Shown here piece after piece: positions 41,579 to 52,307 of a stretch of 64,000 bases of DNA (the stretch's first letter is position 1; each line of letters begins with the position of its first letter). Made by a program: the position numbers and the translations under genes. Below the pieces are notes generated by a model, which saw only the letters and a program-made list of their open reading frames with translations, had not been told where the DNA came from and ran no database searches. The DNA is from a virus (Duplodnaviria > Caudoviricetes): the IMG/VR virus record IMGVR_UViG_3300036376_000009, positions 25,895 to 89,894 of that record. One strand, written 5' to 3'.

Positions 41579-43010
41579 CACCGACAACGGCAGCTTGTCC
41601 CTCAACGGATCCGCTTTGGACGACGCGATCAGCAACGTCGGCGGCGATAACGGCGCAGGCCAGGAACAGGACTTCGCGCCGCCGGGCACGGTGGCGTTCG
41701 CCCGCCAGATGGAGGAGCTCAACGAGGCCGCGCAGGGCGGTGCCGGGCGCGGACGCCCGGCGCGTGAACCCCGCGACGCCGCCTCGCGCGACGGCCGCAG
41801 TCGCCAGCCCACCAAGACCAACGCCGACTATTCGCGCAGGGCCCCGGGCGCCGAGCAGGGGAGCGACGATCGCCCCAGCGCCGACGACGCCTACGAGGAT
41901 GCGGCGGGCACGGAACTCGCCGCCGGGCGCGAGCAGCGCCGCGGTCCCCAGCGTGAGGCCGCTCAGGACCAGGACGACGCCGGAGAAGAGCGGCCCGATT
42001 ATGCTCGGAAGTTCCTGAGCCAGTTCGGCATCGGCGACGCCGACGCGGACGATGCGCTCGAGCAGGCGGCCGACGACTTCGAAGACTCGCTCGGGCAGTT
42101 CGACCAGGTTGCGGGCCAGCAGGACGACGGGGCCGACTCCGCCCAGCAGGGCCAGGGCTACAGCTTCCAGCCGCAGACGCCGCCGTGGATGCAGCAGGGC
42201 GGGTATCCGCAGCAGCAGCCTTGGGCGCCGCAGGCCCCGTGGGGCGGCCAGCCGGGGCAGTTCCTGCCCAACCCGTACGGGCCGCAGGCTCCGTGGGGAC
42301 CCCAGACCGGGCCCTTCGGCCAGCAGCAGGGGCCGTGGGGCCAGCCGTGGGGCGGCCCGCAGAAGCTGCCCGACCCCGTCCTGATCGACGACGAGACCAT
42401 CGACGCCGTCGCCGAGTCGGGCGGCAAGGACGCCGCGCGGGCGCTCAAGCGCTTCAACCAGCAGGCGCAGCAGCAGCACCAGGCGATGCAGCAGATTCAG
42501 CAGCAGATCGCCTACCAGCAATGGCAGGCGTACCAGGCCCAGCAGCAGCGCCAGCAGCAGCAGCAGCGCCAGGGACAGGTCCGTCGCGGCCCGACGCCGC
42601 AAGACGCCGCGAAGATCTACGACGCGGTCTTCGACCAGCTCACCGACTTCGCCGATGTGCTCGGGCACTCGGCCCGCGGCCTGAGCCCCCAGCTCAGGGC
42701 GCTGCGCAAGGAGCTCGCCGCCAACGCCGCCCGGGTGCAGTACGTCAAGCGCCAGTCCGGCGTGCGCTACACCGACGAGACCGCGCTCAAGCAGGCGGTG
42801 CTCGCGTACGTGCGGGCCAGCCGCGGGCGCGAGGCGGGCGGAGGCGGCGGCACGGGCGACAGCGCCCGGGACCAGCGCGTGCAGTCCCGACACCGCCAGC
42901 GCGACATCAGCGCAAGACGCGGCGCACGCGGCGCCGGCGAAAGCGACAACACCATGTCCGAAGTGCTCAGCGCCACGCGGGAGTTCCTGCACGGGCAGCG
43001 CGGCGGCTGA
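41571..43010 (+). CDS. Probable scaffolding protein, largely low complexity
   Basis: Between portal and capsid; acidic and Q/P/G/W-rich segments. Confidence 0.65.
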   Translation: MNSTDNGSLSLNGSALDDAISNVGGDNGAGQEQDFAPPGTVAFARQMEELNEAAQGGAGRGRPAREPRDAASRDGRSRQPTKTNADYSRRAPGAEQGSDDRPSADDAYEDAAGTELAAGREQRRGPQREAAQDQDDAGEERPDYARKFLSQFGIGDADADDALEQAADDFEDSLGQFDQVAGQQDDGADSAQQGQGYSFQPQTPPWMQQGGYPQQQPWAPQAPWGGQPGQFLPNPYGPQAPWGPQTGPFGQQQGPWGQPWGGPQKLPDPVLIDDETIDAVAESGGKDAARALKRFNQQAQQQHQAMQQIQQQIAYQQWQAYQAQQQRQQQQQRQGQVRRGPTPQDAAKIYDAVFDQLTDFADVLGHSARGLSPQLRALRKELAANAARVQYVKRQSGVRYTDETALKQAVLAYVRASRGREAGGGGGTGDSARDQRVQSRHRQRDISARRGARGAGESDNTMSEVLSATREFLHGQRGG

Positions 43011-43098
43011 TCGATCGACGGCTCAGGACGAGTTCGAAGCGTGCGGCTGACCCCCGCTGACCAAGCAAGGAAGCACCCAACAGCAACGGGGAAACACC

Positions 43099-44181
43099 AT
43101 GGCCACGGGGATCAAGTACGCCAACGTCGGCGATCTCGCCAACCACGTCCTGCCGAAGTTCCACAAGAAGCGGAAGTTCGAGGCGTTCGTCAACAAGCAG
43201 AAGTACCGCATCGTCGACGAGCTCGCCGCCGAGAAGAAGCAGCGCATCGGCTACGGCAACCGCCTGGAATGGCGTCTGCTCACCGGCAGCACCAGCCCGG
43301 CGCAGTTCATCGACATGTTCCAGCCGACGCGGGTTGACCACGCCGACCTGTTCAGCTCGGGCTCGGCCCCGTGGCGCCACGGCGAGACCAAGGCCGTCTA
43401 CAACAACATCATCGCGGCCGACTCCAAGGACGAGGCCGAGCTGGTCAACTACCTCTGGGGCCAGTACTTCGTGGCCGTCGCAGCCGCCGTCGACCTCATT
43501 GAAGACGCGGCGTTCATGCAGCCCAACGACGCCGACGACACCAAGAGCGCCCTGGGCATCCCGTACTGCCTGCCCTACCTCAACTCGGGCACGGTCAGCT
43601 ACGAGGGCGGCTTCCTCGGCCAGACCGCGCGCTTCGCCGACGGCAGCTCCACCAACACCATCTACGGCACCAACCGCAACGCCCTGCCGATCACCCGGTC
43701 CTACGCCATCAACCACCAGGGCACGGTGGACGCCAACTGGGTCTACACCGCGCTGCGGGCCGCGACGTACTGCGACTTCAAGGAGCCCCGCGACCTGCGC
43801 GCGTACTACCAGCCCTCCGCCTCCGACTGGCGGTTCTTCACGAGCATGGACGACAAGCTCGAATACGACCGCCTGTGCGACATGACCGCCGGCAGCCGCA
43901 ACCGCGACATGCTGCCCGCGGGCATCAACCCCAACAAATTCATCGCCGGCATGCGCGTCATGGACGTGCCGACGCTCAACGGCCGCGCCGGGCGCCCGAG
44001 CTACGGCGTCAACCTCGCCCACTTCTTCATGTTCGTGCACAGCCAGTTCTGGATGAAGTGGGACAAGGCCGTCCAGCTCGCCGACCGCCACACCTTCGAG
44101 GTGGCGATGGACTTCCGCTTCAACTTCGCGTGCGACAACCCCCGCAAGGCTGGGTTCGTCATGCACACCGCCGGCGCCTGA
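43099..44181 (+). CDS. Major capsid protein
   Basis: 360 aa, very strong codon bias, position after scaffold. Confidence 0.8.
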   Translation: MATGIKYANVGDLANHVLPKFHKKRKFEAFVNKQKYRIVDELAAEKKQRIGYGNRLEWRLLTGSTSPAQFIDMFQPTRVDHADLFSSGSAPWRHGETKAVYNNIIAADSKDEAELVNYLWGQYFVAVAAAVDLIEDAAFMQPNDADDTKSALGIPYCLPYLNSGTVSYEGGFLGQTARFADGSSTNTIYGTNRNALPITRSYAINHQGTVDANWVYTALRAATYCDFKEPRDLRAYYQPSASDWRFFTSMDDKLEYDRLCDMTAGSRNRDMLPAGINPNKFIAGMRVMDVPTLNGRAGRPSYGVNLAHFFMFVHSQFWMKWDKAVQLADRHTFEVAMDFRFNFACDNPRKAGFVMHTAGA

Positions 44182-44255
44182 TCCGCCGGCCACTGAGCCG
44201 CCACCCACCAATCACGCCCCAGCACCACGCACCCCAACCGCCAGGAGTTCACCCC

Positions 44256-45395
44256 ATGATCCCGATCGTCAACGGCCAGCGGATGATGACGCCGGTCAAG
44301 GTCCGCTACGACGGCACCGAGCAGATCCGGCCCGGCATGGCGCTCTGCTTCGACGCGGCCGCGTCCTCCGTCGAGGACCGCGACTTCGTCGTCGCCAAGC
44401 CCAGCCTCACCAACATCAAGGACTTCGCCGGCATCGCCGCGCCCCAGCGGGCGAGCTGGACCGGTCCCGGCGAGCTGTTCATGTATCCCGTCTGCCCCGC
44501 CATCACCGGCGTGAGCGTGCTCACCGACGAGAACGTCGCCGCCGACGACTTCCTCGGTCCCATCCCGGGCAGCTGGTTCTTCGGCAAGCATCTCTTCGGC
44601 ACCACCCCCATCTTCCGATCCACCCGCGCCGTGAACGGCTCGGTGACCCCCGCGCTGGTCGCCGGCGTCTATGGCCTGGGCCACACCCTCAACGTCGATC
44701 AGCTCGCCACCAAGTTCATCCGGCACTTTGACCACTTCGACGGCCGCATCCACCACTCCACGACCGCCGACCTCGCGACGTACCTGCTCAGCGGCACCTC
44801 CGCCGCGGCCGCCTACGCCGACTCGTTCGGCCCCGACCAGGCCACCGCGGCCCTGCGCGGCGCCGGCGTCTACCAGCTCACCACCAACACCACCAACCAG
44901 GCCAACATCACGATGAACGGCGAGCCCTTCCGGTTCGCCGAAGGCTGCTCGGCCTTCTTCCGCCTGCGCTTCGCGCTGGACTCGATCGCGGCCAACACGC
45001 AGATGTTCGCCGGCCTCGGCATCACCGACGTCGCGTTCATGGCGTCCAAGCCCACCGACTACATGGGCTTCGAGCTGCAGGCGGCCGACCTGGACTTCGA
45101 GTTCGTCAAGGACGGCACCACCGGCGTGCAGTCGGCCGACGTCGCCACCCTGACGGCCAACACCATGAACGAGGTCGCGTTCATGGTGCGCAACCGCCGC
45201 ACGTCCGCGTCCGGCGCGGTGACCAAGGACATCAAGGCGTGGTTCAACGGCACGCCCATCACCCTCGCCAACACCGAGACGACCGACGCCGAGGTCGTCA
45301 ATGACGAGTCCCTCACGTTCATCTTCGAAATCCTGGGCGACTCGGCCCGCAACGCGTACCTCGACCTCGTCGAGATCGCCAACTACATCGGCTGA
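44256..45395 (+). CDS. Capsid decoration/minor capsid protein
   Basis: AGGAG RBS; N-terminal cement-like domain plus C-terminal lectin-like beta-sandwich; followed by a terminator. Confidence 0.55.
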   Translation: MIPIVNGQRMMTPVKVRYDGTEQIRPGMALCFDAAASSVEDRDFVVAKPSLTNIKDFAGIAAPQRASWTGPGELFMYPVCPAITGVSVLTDENVAADDFLGPIPGSWFFGKHLFGTTPIFRSTRAVNGSVTPALVAGVYGLGHTLNVDQLATKFIRHFDHFDGRIHHSTTADLATYLLSGTSAAAAYADSFGPDQATAALRGAGVYQLTTNTTNQANITMNGEPFRFAEGCSAFFRLRFALDSIAANTQMFAGLGITDVAFMASKPTDYMGFELQAADLDFEFVKDGTTGVQSADVATLTANTMNEVAFMVRNRRTSASGAVTKDIKAWFNGTPITLANTETTDAEVVNDESLTFIFEILGDSARNAYLDLVEIANYIG

Positions 45396-45475
45396 TCCCT
45401 GATCGGTCTCGCCGGCGGGGTCCCACAGGTCAAGGGACAGGGTCACTCAACCACCCGCCGGCATCGTCCTGGGTT

Positions 45476-45505
45476 CCTCTCCGCGAAAGCGGAGGGGGCC
45501 TTTTC
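45476..45505 (+). terminator. Intrinsic terminator
   Basis: CCTCTCCGC-GAAA-GCGGAGGGG followed by GCCTTTTC. Confidence 0.7.
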
Positions 45506-45507
45506 AG

Positions 45508-46383
45508 ATGCCCGCCGACACCGCCACGTCCGCCACGCTGCTCGACCTCATGCTGAGGGTCGGACGCGCTGCGGGCGTGCTCGATCACCAGCCGCCCGCG
45601 TGGGCCAGCACCGACAACCGCGGTCGCGTGCCCGACGACCCCTACACGAAAACGCTGCTGACAGCGATGGTCAACAACGGTTACGCCCTCTTCCTCCGCT
45701 CCGACCGGGACTGGTCGTTCTGCGAGTTCGAGTGCACGCTCACGCTCAGCCCCGACGGAAGCGGATCGGGCTGCGTCGAGGGCCGCGCATGGGAGTACGC
45801 GCTGCCGCGGTTCCTGCAGCATGCCCCGATCACCGACTGGGAATACCTGGACCAGAACAGCACCTACGACGCGGTCGTCCAGGCCACGCTGCCCGAGCTC
45901 CGCCGCGCCCGCCGCGAAGAGCCTTCCACCGGCGCGCCGCGGATCGCGGCGTTCGTGTTCGGCGCGACCGAGGCCGGGGACGTGTCGCCGGTGGCGGGCC
46001 GCGTGCTGTTCCACCCCACGCCCGACCAGGCGTACGAGCTCGCGGCCAGCTTCCGCATCGCCACTCACCGCATGGTCGAGCTGACCGAACGCCACGTCGC
46101 CGGCGCCGATCACGACGAGGCCATCTTCGCGGCCGCCATGTACCTGTGGGCTCTCGAAGACGGCACCGACGACGCCGTCAAGGCCCGCTGGGAACGCCAC
46201 TGGAAGACCCAGCTCGCGGCGTCAATCGAGCTGGACACCCACAACCGCCCCGTGCGCGAGGTCAACACGGTTGACCCAACAACCCGGGCGATGCGGGCAA
46301 GCGAGGGCGCGGCCACCTGGCGGCACTCGCCCGGCCGGCGGCTCTACTCCGTCAACGGCACCCCGATCGAGTACGACGACTGA
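45508..46383 (+). CDS. Head-tail adaptor (tail tubular A-like)
   Basis: Position; EFECTLTL, EYALP.....I and ELPERHHEAI-like ELTERHVAGADHDEAI. Confidence 0.6.
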   Translation: MPADTATSATLLDLMLRVGRAAGVLDHQPPAWASTDNRGRVPDDPYTKTLLTAMVNNGYALFLRSDRDWSFCEFECTLTLSPDGSGSGCVEGRAWEYALPRFLQHAPITDWEYLDQNSTYDAVVQATLPELRRARREEPSTGAPRIAAFVFGATEAGDVSPVAGRVLFHPTPDQAYELAASFRIATHRMVELTERHVAGADHDEAIFAAAMYLWALEDGTDDAVKARWERHWKTQLAASIELDTHNRPVREVNTVDPTTRAMRASEGAATWRHSPGRRLYSVNGTPIEYDD

Positions 46384-46432
46384 TCCCGTCCCGAGCACCG
46401 ACCCCGAACCCCTCTCCACCAGGAGCCAGACC

Positions 46433-47191
46433 ATGAGCACGTTCCCGCACACGGCCTTTGACCTTGAGCCCGCCATCAGGAACAGCGCGGCCAACGGCGG
46501 TTACCGGGTGGACCAGCCCATCATCCCGTGCCGCGACCTCGCCACGAGCGCCGGCGCGACGATCACCACGACAGGCGCCGTGCAGGTCAACAACCTCGCG
46601 TCGTCGGGCATGCGGGGCGTGCGCTGGATCTTCTCGTCCGACGTCACCGGATTCGCCATCCTCAACTGGACCGTGCCCCGCCACTACAACCAGCAGCTGG
46701 ACGACTGCCGCCTGTTCCTGGCGCTGCGGAAGTACGACGCCGCCGCCGACGAGAACGCCGACCTGCGGACGCAGATCGGAGCGACGTGGTTGAGCCCTGG
46801 CCGCGTCGACAACCTCCCCAGCGCCCAGGCCGCGACGACCGCCCCAACCGCCATCTCCGTTGGCGACACGGCCGTGCGCACCCTGACCACGCCGGTGAGC
46901 CGCACCCTTGCGGCGGCGTCGACGACGGCCACCGGCGGGTTCCACTGGTACGAGTTCGACTTGAGCCTCTCTGCCGCCCGCGGCGGACTCGAGGCCAACC
47001 GCTGGCGCCCCGGCACCATTGTGCAGTTCGAGATCGGCCCCAACGAGGCGGTCGGCGACACGGACATGGAGCTGCAGCTCGTCGGCGGCATCCTCTGCTA
47101 CACCAGCCACATCACCATCCCCGATCCGCAGGCCCGCAGCGGGTCCGGATTCGGTCGTCCGTTCGGCCGTCCTGTGCCTGACATCAGCTAA
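46433..47191 (+). CDS. Putative virion structural protein
   Basis: AGGAG RBS; beta-rich; within the tail block. Confidence 0.55.
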   Translation: MSTFPHTAFDLEPAIRNSAANGGYRVDQPIIPCRDLATSAGATITTTGAVQVNNLASSGMRGVRWIFSSDVTGFAILNWTVPRHYNQQLDDCRLFLALRKYDAAADENADLRTQIGATWLSPGRVDNLPSAQAATTAPTAISVGDTAVRTLTTPVSRTLAAASTTATGGFHWYEFDLSLSAARGGLEANRWRPGTIVQFEIGPNEAVGDTDMELQLVGGILCYTSHITIPDPQARSGSGFGRPFGRPVPDIS

Positions 47192-48822
47192 TGGAAGACG
47201 CGACCCGCCTCATCCCGCCGCGTCGGGGCGTCGCCAGCGCCACGACCTTCTCCGATCAGCCCGTGGAGTTCGCTCCGTACGGGTCGATGGAGAACGTCCG
47301 CATCTTCACCGGTGCGGGCGGCGGGGGTGATCGTCCCATGCCCGGGCAGCGTCCGCCGCTGGCCCGCGTCTACGAGACCCCGCTGGGCGATGGGGAGGTC
47401 CAGGGCCAGTGCTCCGCGTCCCGGCCCAGCACGGCCACCTACCAGCTCGGCACGCCCCAGTCGATCGTCGACGGCGGAGTCAGCCTCAACGCCCCGGCCG
47501 CGTCGGGCAACATCTTCGTGCTCGACACCGTCCCGTCCATGCTCGACGCCCGGGAGATGGACGTGACCGCGTGGGGCGGATCGGGTACGGCCGCCGCCAA
47601 CGCCGTCGCCTACAGCGTCGACGGCGGGCTCTTCGCCGTCGCGTCCAACTTCACCGACGGGGGCGGCAACCCCGCCGCGGCCGTGCAGGTCCGCAACACC
47701 GCCGACAGCGAGGTGGTTTGGTCGGCGCTGCTCGACGTCGACAACCGGGTCAACAGCTTGTGCTTCACCAACAGCTGCCTGGTGGTGTGCACAAGCCGGC
47801 TGTCGCCCGCGACCGGCTCGGCCCGGATGCACGTGTTCAACAAGGCGACGGGAGCCCGCGTCCAGGCCACCGACATCGACGGATGGAGCTCGGAGATCAT
47901 CCGGGCCCGCCGCTACGTCATCGATGGGGTCGAGCGCATCCGCGTCGCCTTCAACGGCGGCACCGCCGCCGGCCTGTTCTACGACGGCCCCTTCTTCCCC
48001 GGCGAGGCGATCGAGTCGGGCAACCCGGCGCGGCACTTCCGCACGGGGATCGCGCAGTACCGCGTTGCGGGCACGGTGTTCACCCGGGAGCAGTGCGGGC
48101 CGGCGCCGAGCCTGACCGGGGACCCTGCGCCCGAGCAGCTCCCCGACGGGACGGTCATCCAGCACGGGACGTTCCGAGTCAGCCAGCGCACCGAGCGCCC
48201 GCCCTTCGGATGCCTGATCACCTCCCTCGCGGTCGCCCAGGACGGCACCAGCCTCGCCACGCGGACCAACCAGGGCTACGGCCCCCAGGCCGCGACCTAC
48301 CCGCCCGACGGGGCGGTGTACGCCAACCTCGGCATCTTCGCCGTGAGCGCCGCGGGCGAGATGCTCTGGGAGCGCGACTGCCAGACGATCGTGGAAGTCG
48401 GGCTCGGCGGGTATTACAACGACATCCCCACGTCGGGAAGCGACTTCGCCAGCCTCCTGTGCGCCGAAGTCGACAACCGCGGCTACGCCTTCGTCGGCGG
48501 CCGGACCAACGACGGGGGGTTCAGCGCGTTCATGGTCCGCATGAACGATGGCAGCATCGTGTGGCGGGCCGACCTGCAGGGCGGGAGTGGGCGCGTCCTG
48601 GGCGTCGCTGTCGACCCAACCGACGGGAACCCCGTGTTCTGCGGCCAGCGGAACACGAGCTGGACCGGCTCGGGCGGGACGACCAACGCCCACCTGTGGA
48701 AGAGATCACGCATCGACGGCTCCCACGTGTGGAGCTTCGACCTGGGCAGCGCCGTGGCCGCCAACGACGTTGCCATCGCACCTTGGGGCGGCATCGCGTA
48801 CGTCACGGAGAACGTTCCATGA
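47191..48822 (+). CDS. Tail protein with beta-propeller-like repeats
   Basis: Repeated G...W...D strands (VVWSALL, MLWERD, IVWRAD, HVWSFD). Confidence 0.55.
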   Translation: MEDATRLIPPRRGVASATTFSDQPVEFAPYGSMENVRIFTGAGGGGDRPMPGQRPPLARVYETPLGDGEVQGQCSASRPSTATYQLGTPQSIVDGGVSLNAPAASGNIFVLDTVPSMLDAREMDVTAWGGSGTAAANAVAYSVDGGLFAVASNFTDGGGNPAAAVQVRNTADSEVVWSALLDVDNRVNSLCFTNSCLVVCTSRLSPATGSARMHVFNKATGARVQATDIDGWSSEIIRARRYVIDGVERIRVAFNGGTAAGLFYDGPFFPGEAIESGNPARHFRTGIAQYRVAGTVFTREQCGPAPSLTGDPAPEQLPDGTVIQHGTFRVSQRTERPPFGCLITSLAVAQDGTSLATRTNQGYGPQAATYPPDGAVYANLGIFAVSAAGEMLWERDCQTIVEVGLGGYYNDIPTSGSDFASLLCAEVDNRGYAFVGGRTNDGGFSAFMVRMNDGSIVWRADLQGGSGRVLGVAVDPTDGNPVFCGQRNTSWTGSGGTTNAHLWKRSRIDGSHVWSFDLGSAVAANDVAIAPWGGIAYVTENVP

Positions 48823-49301
48823 AAGCCTTCCTCTACGTCGTTCTGGCGGTCATCTGCATCCTGATGCTCACGCTCCTGTCGGCGTGCTTCGGCAACAGCC
48901 CCCGACCGCCGGCGCCGAGCACCGAGGCGCCAGCGCCCTCGTTCGACCGGGCCGCGGACGTTGTCAGCCGCCTGGACACCTTCGCCCGCGGCGCCGAGCG
49001 GCTTGCCGCCTCCGACCCCGACAACGCCGGACAGTGGCTGAGGATCGCCGGCGGTGTTCGGTCCGCGTCGAACATCATCGCCGCCACCAGCGGCAACGGA
49101 TACGACCAGGCCGTGGCCGCTCTGCTCGAAGTCACGGGCGTGCTGGGAGGCCGCTACGCCCTGTACGCCGCTGGCGCAGCGCTGGTGCTCGATCTGCTGC
49201 GCCCGTACGACTCCGTCCATCCGCCGCAGTCCAAGGACTATGCCTGTTCTCGCCTGAGCGCCAGCGCGTTTGAACATGTGCTCGCCGACGCGAGCCGCTG
49301 A
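48819..49301 (+). CDS. Lipoprotein (possibly lysis accessory)
   Basis: Signal peptide with LSAC lipobox; next to a holin-like gene. Confidence 0.6.
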   Translation: MKAFLYVVLAVICILMLTLLSACFGNSPRPPAPSTEAPAPSFDRAADVVSRLDTFARGAERLAASDPDNAGQWLRIAGGVRSASNIIAATSGNGYDQAVAALLEVTGVLGGRYALYAAGAALVLDLLRPYDSVHPPQSKDYACSRLSASAFEHVLADASR

Positions 49302-49345
49302 CCGCCCGCGGCGGTCACGACACCGCAGAAGCATGGAGACTTCCC

Positions 49346-49654
49346 ATGACCCAGTTGCCCGGTGGTGACAACATCGCGGGGATGGTCGGATCGAAGGTCC
49401 AGGAGTCCTTGCAGAAGGGCGCCCTGGGCATTCTGGGGCTCATGTGCATCATCGGCACGGTCGGCCTCATGTACGCGATCGTGTACCTCGGCCCCAAGGT
49501 GGTGGACTCGATCCAGTCGATCGCCCCGACCATCACCGCCGAGATATCGCGACAGAGCGAGACGCACGCCCTTGAGCGCAAGGCGTGGACCGACGAGCGC
49601 AAGCAGTACATCGAGCTGATCCAGAAGCTCATGCTTGAGCGAAAGGGTCCGTGA
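49346..49654 (+). CDS. Holin-like membrane protein
   Basis: TM segment GILGLMCIIGTVGLMYAIVYL plus charged C-terminus. Confidence 0.5.
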   Translation: MTQLPGGDNIAGMVGSKVQESLQKGALGILGLMCIIGTVGLMYAIVYLGPKVVDSIQSIAPTITAEISRQSETHALERKAWTDERKQYIELIQKLMLERKGP

Positions 49655-51820
49655 GTGGGCACGTGGACGTCCAACGGCAGCGGCGGCTGGACGCTCTCCG
49701 GAACGGGGCGAACGGCGTGGCGCGCGCCGCAGCAGGTGCCGGGGAACGCGGCCATCCTCATCCAGCTCGCCGACTGCGACGACCAGGTCCGGGTCTGCAT
49801 CCCCAGCTCGCCCGACATGCGGACGTGCATCGAGATCGGGGTGACGGGAGCGGACGTGGTGATCCAGCTGGTGGAGAACGCGAGCGTCACGTCCGTGCTC
49901 GCCACCACCGCGCACGGCCTGACCAGCAACGTCCCCTATTCGATGGAGGTCCGCAAGACCGAGGAAACGTGGGAAGTCCGCCTCAATAACGCTTCGGCCC
50001 CGACGCTGAGCTACACCTCAGCCGGCGAGCTTGAGGGCTACCGGCACTGCGGCTTCGTGTCGTCGGTCACCGGCGCCCGCGTCGTCGGCGTCACGCTCTA
50101 CGACCTGATCCGCAACCTCGTGCCGCGGGCGGACATCCACCTGTCGGTCAAGAGCGGCGCGCTGTACGCATCGATCGACGGCGAGCCCGAGACCCTGCTC
50201 CGCCAGGGCGCGTTCAACCGCACCGGCCGCGTGAGCCTCCGGCAGTTCCACGGCGAGGTGTTCGGGGTCGACGGGGCCAACGCCGTGGCGGTCGACCTCG
50301 CCACGCTCGGGGTCAGCGCGTGGGGCGCGTCCAGCGGGGCCGGCGTCCTCCCGGGCGCAACCGAATCGAGCCCCGGAGTGTTCGTGCCCGGCACCACGCG
50401 CATGACGTTCCTGGAGAACGACCTTGACCGCCTGGTCGGCGGCGGCGACCCCAACGACCCCCAGAACCTCAACTGGTGCGCCATCGGGGACGCCCGCGAC
50501 TGGGACGACGGCGACTCGACCGAAGGCGCCGCCGTGTCCCTCAACGCCGCCCTGCCCGGCCGCCTGGGCGAGCCCGTCGTTGGCGTGAAGCAGATCGGCA
50601 ACGGGGCGCTGGTCATCGGATGCACGCACTCGTTCTGGCGCAAGCGCGGCGACTTCGCGCTGGGCACCCCCGAGCTGGTCCCGGTTGTGTCCGGCCAGGG
50701 CCTCAGCGACGTCGAGGCAATCGACGTCACCCCCGACGGCTCGGGGATAGCGCACAGCACCGAGGGCGTCATCCTGATCCCGCCGTACGGGCTTGGCCGC
50801 CCGCTGTCGCAGGGCGTGATCACCGAAGGTATCAACCTCGACCGGTCGCAGCTGTCGCGCTACCGCATCATCGTGCGCCGCGACCCCAAGCGGTTCATCA
50901 CGTACTTCCTCTTCTCGCAGCTCGACCAGCATGGCGGGTTCGCGTTCGCGTACGACGAGCGCATCGGCGGCTTCGCTCCGGGCGCGGGGGGCTTCTTTGT
51001 CGACGCCTACCCCGCCGCGGTCGGCCCGGCCAGCGCGGTGGTGCACCGGGGCAGCCTCATGTGGGGCACGTGGGATGGCCGAATCCTCGCCCACGACGAG
51101 GCGGCCGCGGCGACCGGCGGCGACGACGGACAGCCGATCGCCTCCAAGTGCCCGATGCAGCTGCTCGACAAGGGCCGGGCTCAGACCGACACGATCCTGC
51201 ACGCGCTGAAGTTCACCTTCAGCCTCGGCTCGGGAGCCGCGACGTTCGCGGTCTACGGGGGCGCGACGCCCGAGGCTGTGTACACCGCGACGGCCCGGCG
51301 CACTCTGCTTTCGGGGCAGTGCCCCATCCCGCGCACGCGCCGGATCGCGACCAAGGTGCGGGCCGCGTGCATCATCGTGGTGATCAGCGCCGCCAACGCC
51401 TTCTGGCGGCTGGACGACGCCATCGCGGAGTGGTCCCTCGCCATGAACCGCACCGGCGCCGAGGCCATCACGCCCACGCCCCCACGTCCGTGCCGGTCCC
51501 CACGCGGGGACCTGGTGCACCCCGACGAGGCCCCGCCGACCGTGCCGGTGCTGGTCAGCGGCCCGGGCATCGCCACGGCCTACCCGGTCGCGATGGTGCT
51601 GTGGAGCGACGCCGGGGCGTACGGCGTGCCGGACGCGCCGGCGCTGCTCGAGCCCGTCCCCGAACTGGCGTCGTTCCTCGCTGACATCCCGTTGTCGGGC
51701 AACGGTGGCGGCGGGGGTGGGAGCGGCGGAGGCGGTGAGGGGGGGTGGGGCGAAAGCCCTGGTGGCCGTCCCGGACCAGGTACCGGCTCGGGCGGTGGAG
51801 GCGGCTTCGGTGAGTTTTGA
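49655..51820 (+). CDS. Tail tubular B / P22 gp10-like nozzle protein with Pro/Gly-rich tail
   Basis: LNWCAIGD.RDWD, propeller-like repeats, YDERIG, LMWGTWDGRI; podovirus gene order. Confidence 0.65.
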   Translation: MGTWTSNGSGGWTLSGTGRTAWRAPQQVPGNAAILIQLADCDDQVRVCIPSSPDMRTCIEIGVTGADVVIQLVENASVTSVLATTAHGLTSNVPYSMEVRKTEETWEVRLNNASAPTLSYTSAGELEGYRHCGFVSSVTGARVVGVTLYDLIRNLVPRADIHLSVKSGALYASIDGEPETLLRQGAFNRTGRVSLRQFHGEVFGVDGANAVAVDLATLGVSAWGASSGAGVLPGATESSPGVFVPGTTRMTFLENDLDRLVGGGDPNDPQNLNWCAIGDARDWDDGDSTEGAAVSLNAALPGRLGEPVVGVKQIGNGALVIGCTHSFWRKRGDFALGTPELVPVVSGQGLSDVEAIDVTPDGSGIAHSTEGVILIPPYGLGRPLSQGVITEGINLDRSQLSRYRIIVRRDPKRFITYFLFSQLDQHGGFAFAYDERIGGFAPGAGGFFVDAYPAAVGPASAVVHRGSLMWGTWDGRILAHDEAAAATGGDDGQPIASKCPMQLLDKGRAQTDTILHALKFTFSLGSGAATFAVYGGATPEAVYTATARRTLLSGQCPIPRTRRIATKVRAACIIVVISAANAFWRLDDAIAEWSLAMNRTGAEAITPTPPRPCRSPRGDLVHPDEAPPTVPVLVSGPGIATAYPVAMVLWSDAGAYGVPDAPALLEPVPELASFLADIPLSGNGGGGGGSGGGGEGGWGESPGGRPGPGTGSGGGGGFGEF

Positions 51821-51833
51821 AAGGAAGTGCACT

Positions 51834-52307
51834 ATGAACCCGGCCACATACGTCATCACGCGCAGCGCGTACACCACACCGACGGCGGACACCTGCTACG
51901 TGCAGCTCATCGCCGCCACCGGATACATCCTCAGCCTGGTGGAGTTCCAAGTGACGTTCGACGGCACCGACAGCGCCGGGCCGCAGTACAACATCCGCCT
52001 CACCAGGCAGACAACGGCGGGCACCGGCGGGACGGCGGCCAACTGGGCGATCAACGCCATGTCACCGAACGAGTCCCGGGCCAACACCCTCACCTACCTG
52101 CAGGGGTTCACCGCCGGCGCGCCCAACATGCCGACCGAGACGGACGTCTACGACCGGGCTTACGTGCACCCGCAGCGAGGATACATGTATCGGCCGGCAC
52201 AACCACTCCTCGTCCTGCCAACCGGCCGCATCGGCATCTGCGGGAGCGTGGGCACGGCCCGCGCTTCGAACTGGCGCATCGTGGTCCAGGAGATCAAGGT
52301 TGCCTGA
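51834..52307 (+). CDS. Putative virion protein (homolog of 2973..3407)
   Basis: VTFDGTDSAGP and HPQRG motifs. Confidence 0.6.
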   Translation: MNPATYVITRSAYTTPTADTCYVQLIAATGYILSLVEFQVTFDGTDSAGPQYNIRLTRQTTAGTGGTAANWAINAMSPNESRANTLTYLQGFTAGAPNMPTETDVYDRAYVHPQRGYMYRPAQPLLVLPTGRIGICGSVGTARASNWRIVVQEIKVA

